A stretch of DNA of 64,000 nucleotides from a virus (lineage: Duplodnaviria; Caudoviricetes). Where the stretch lies: the IMG/VR virus record IMGVR_UViG_3300017788_000018, positions 842 to 64,841 of that record, one strand, 5' to 3'. Both the position numbers and the translations under genes were made by a program. Under the pieces are notes generated by a model. That model had not been told where the DNA came from. It searched no databases and was given only the letters and a program-made list of their open reading frames with translations. Positions 63,684 to 64,000 of the stretch are shown here, piece by piece; position 1 is the stretch's first letter; each line of letters opens with the position of its first letter.

Positions 63684-63721
63684 AATAAAACACTTTAAGT
63701 GTGTCCTGTTTGTGCTACCCT
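63684..63721 (+). promoter_or_regulatory. Possible early promoter
   Basis: AATAAAACA-CTTTAA-N17-TACCCT with extended TG. Confidence 0.55.
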
Positions 63722-63731
63722 AAAGAAAGCC

Positions 63732-64000
63732 ATGACCAAACCGAGTAAGCAGCCCCCAATCATTTGCATTGGCGACATTTGGGAAGTTGGGGATCCCCGC
63801 CTCTGGCTGAAACTCCGGCCGTCTGGTGCGGTTGAAATTCCGCCGACGCTGAGAGGCACAGGCTTCGTGCACATCGAGCCTTCTAGGGAAATCTGGAAAT
63901 CTCCATATCGGCCCGCAGAAAAGGATGTATTTTGGGTTTTGATTGACGGCCGTGTTGGCTACTTGACCTTAAGTGCGTTCTATATGCTCGCTGATCCGCA
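63732..64000 (+). CDS. Paralog family F copy 4, 3'-partial
   Basis: Hand translation: CIGDIWEV...FWVLIDGRVGYL; open to the window end. Confidence 0.65.
   Translation, partial: MTKPSKQPPIICIGDIWEVGDPRLWLKLRPSGAVEIPPTLRGTGFVHIEPSREIWKSPYRPAEKDVFWVLIDGRVGYLTLSAFYMLADP

Noticed and set aside
1-64000. Stop-codon reassignment, CRISPR array, DGR, intron or intein
   Set aside because: All three stops end conserved genes at sensible positions. I saw no regularly spaced direct repeats, no reverse transcriptase, no adenine-only variable repeat pair and no splicing motifs by eye.

Overview
This window looks like part of a large (jumbo-type) dsDNA bacteriophage genome: dense coding, frequent 4-nt start/stop overlaps, no rRNA, tRNA, CRISPR array or transposase that I can support, and the standard genetic code (TAA, TAG and TGA all end ORFs). 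Recognisable genes: the 3' part of a DnaE-type polymerase, a 2H phosphoesterase, an Fe/Mn SOD-like protein, a spanin/holin-like cassette, an MT-A70 methyltransferase, an M23 peptidase, ClpP, a DEDDh exonuclease, tail/virion-type genes, patatin, KTSC, two metallophosphoesterases, a pyrimidine-dimer-glycosylase-like protein, a sigma-70 factor, NAD kinase, PTH2, a divergent AAA ATPase/zincin-vWA pair, an N4BP2-like kinase and a GIY-YIG protein. Two promoter classes can be read from the DNA. One is sigma70-like (often CCTTGCA-AAATAATGG, then TTTAAA-N17-TAnnnT, about 15 copies). The other is a lone TA(C/T/A)TTA hexamer before virion-type genes. Top leads: (1) a sigma factor that stops at the end of region 4.1, with a free-standing region-4.2-like HTH two genes downstream and another in an AT-hook protein, i.e. 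a candidate split sigma system; (2) a ~300-nt multi-hairpin non-coding element at 46340-46646; (3) six tandem families of small, diverging beta-rich paralogs (SH3/KOW-like in the clearest family), including coupling-preserving mini-ORFs and a frameshifted chimera. All family calls are by-eye motif recognition; no searches were run.
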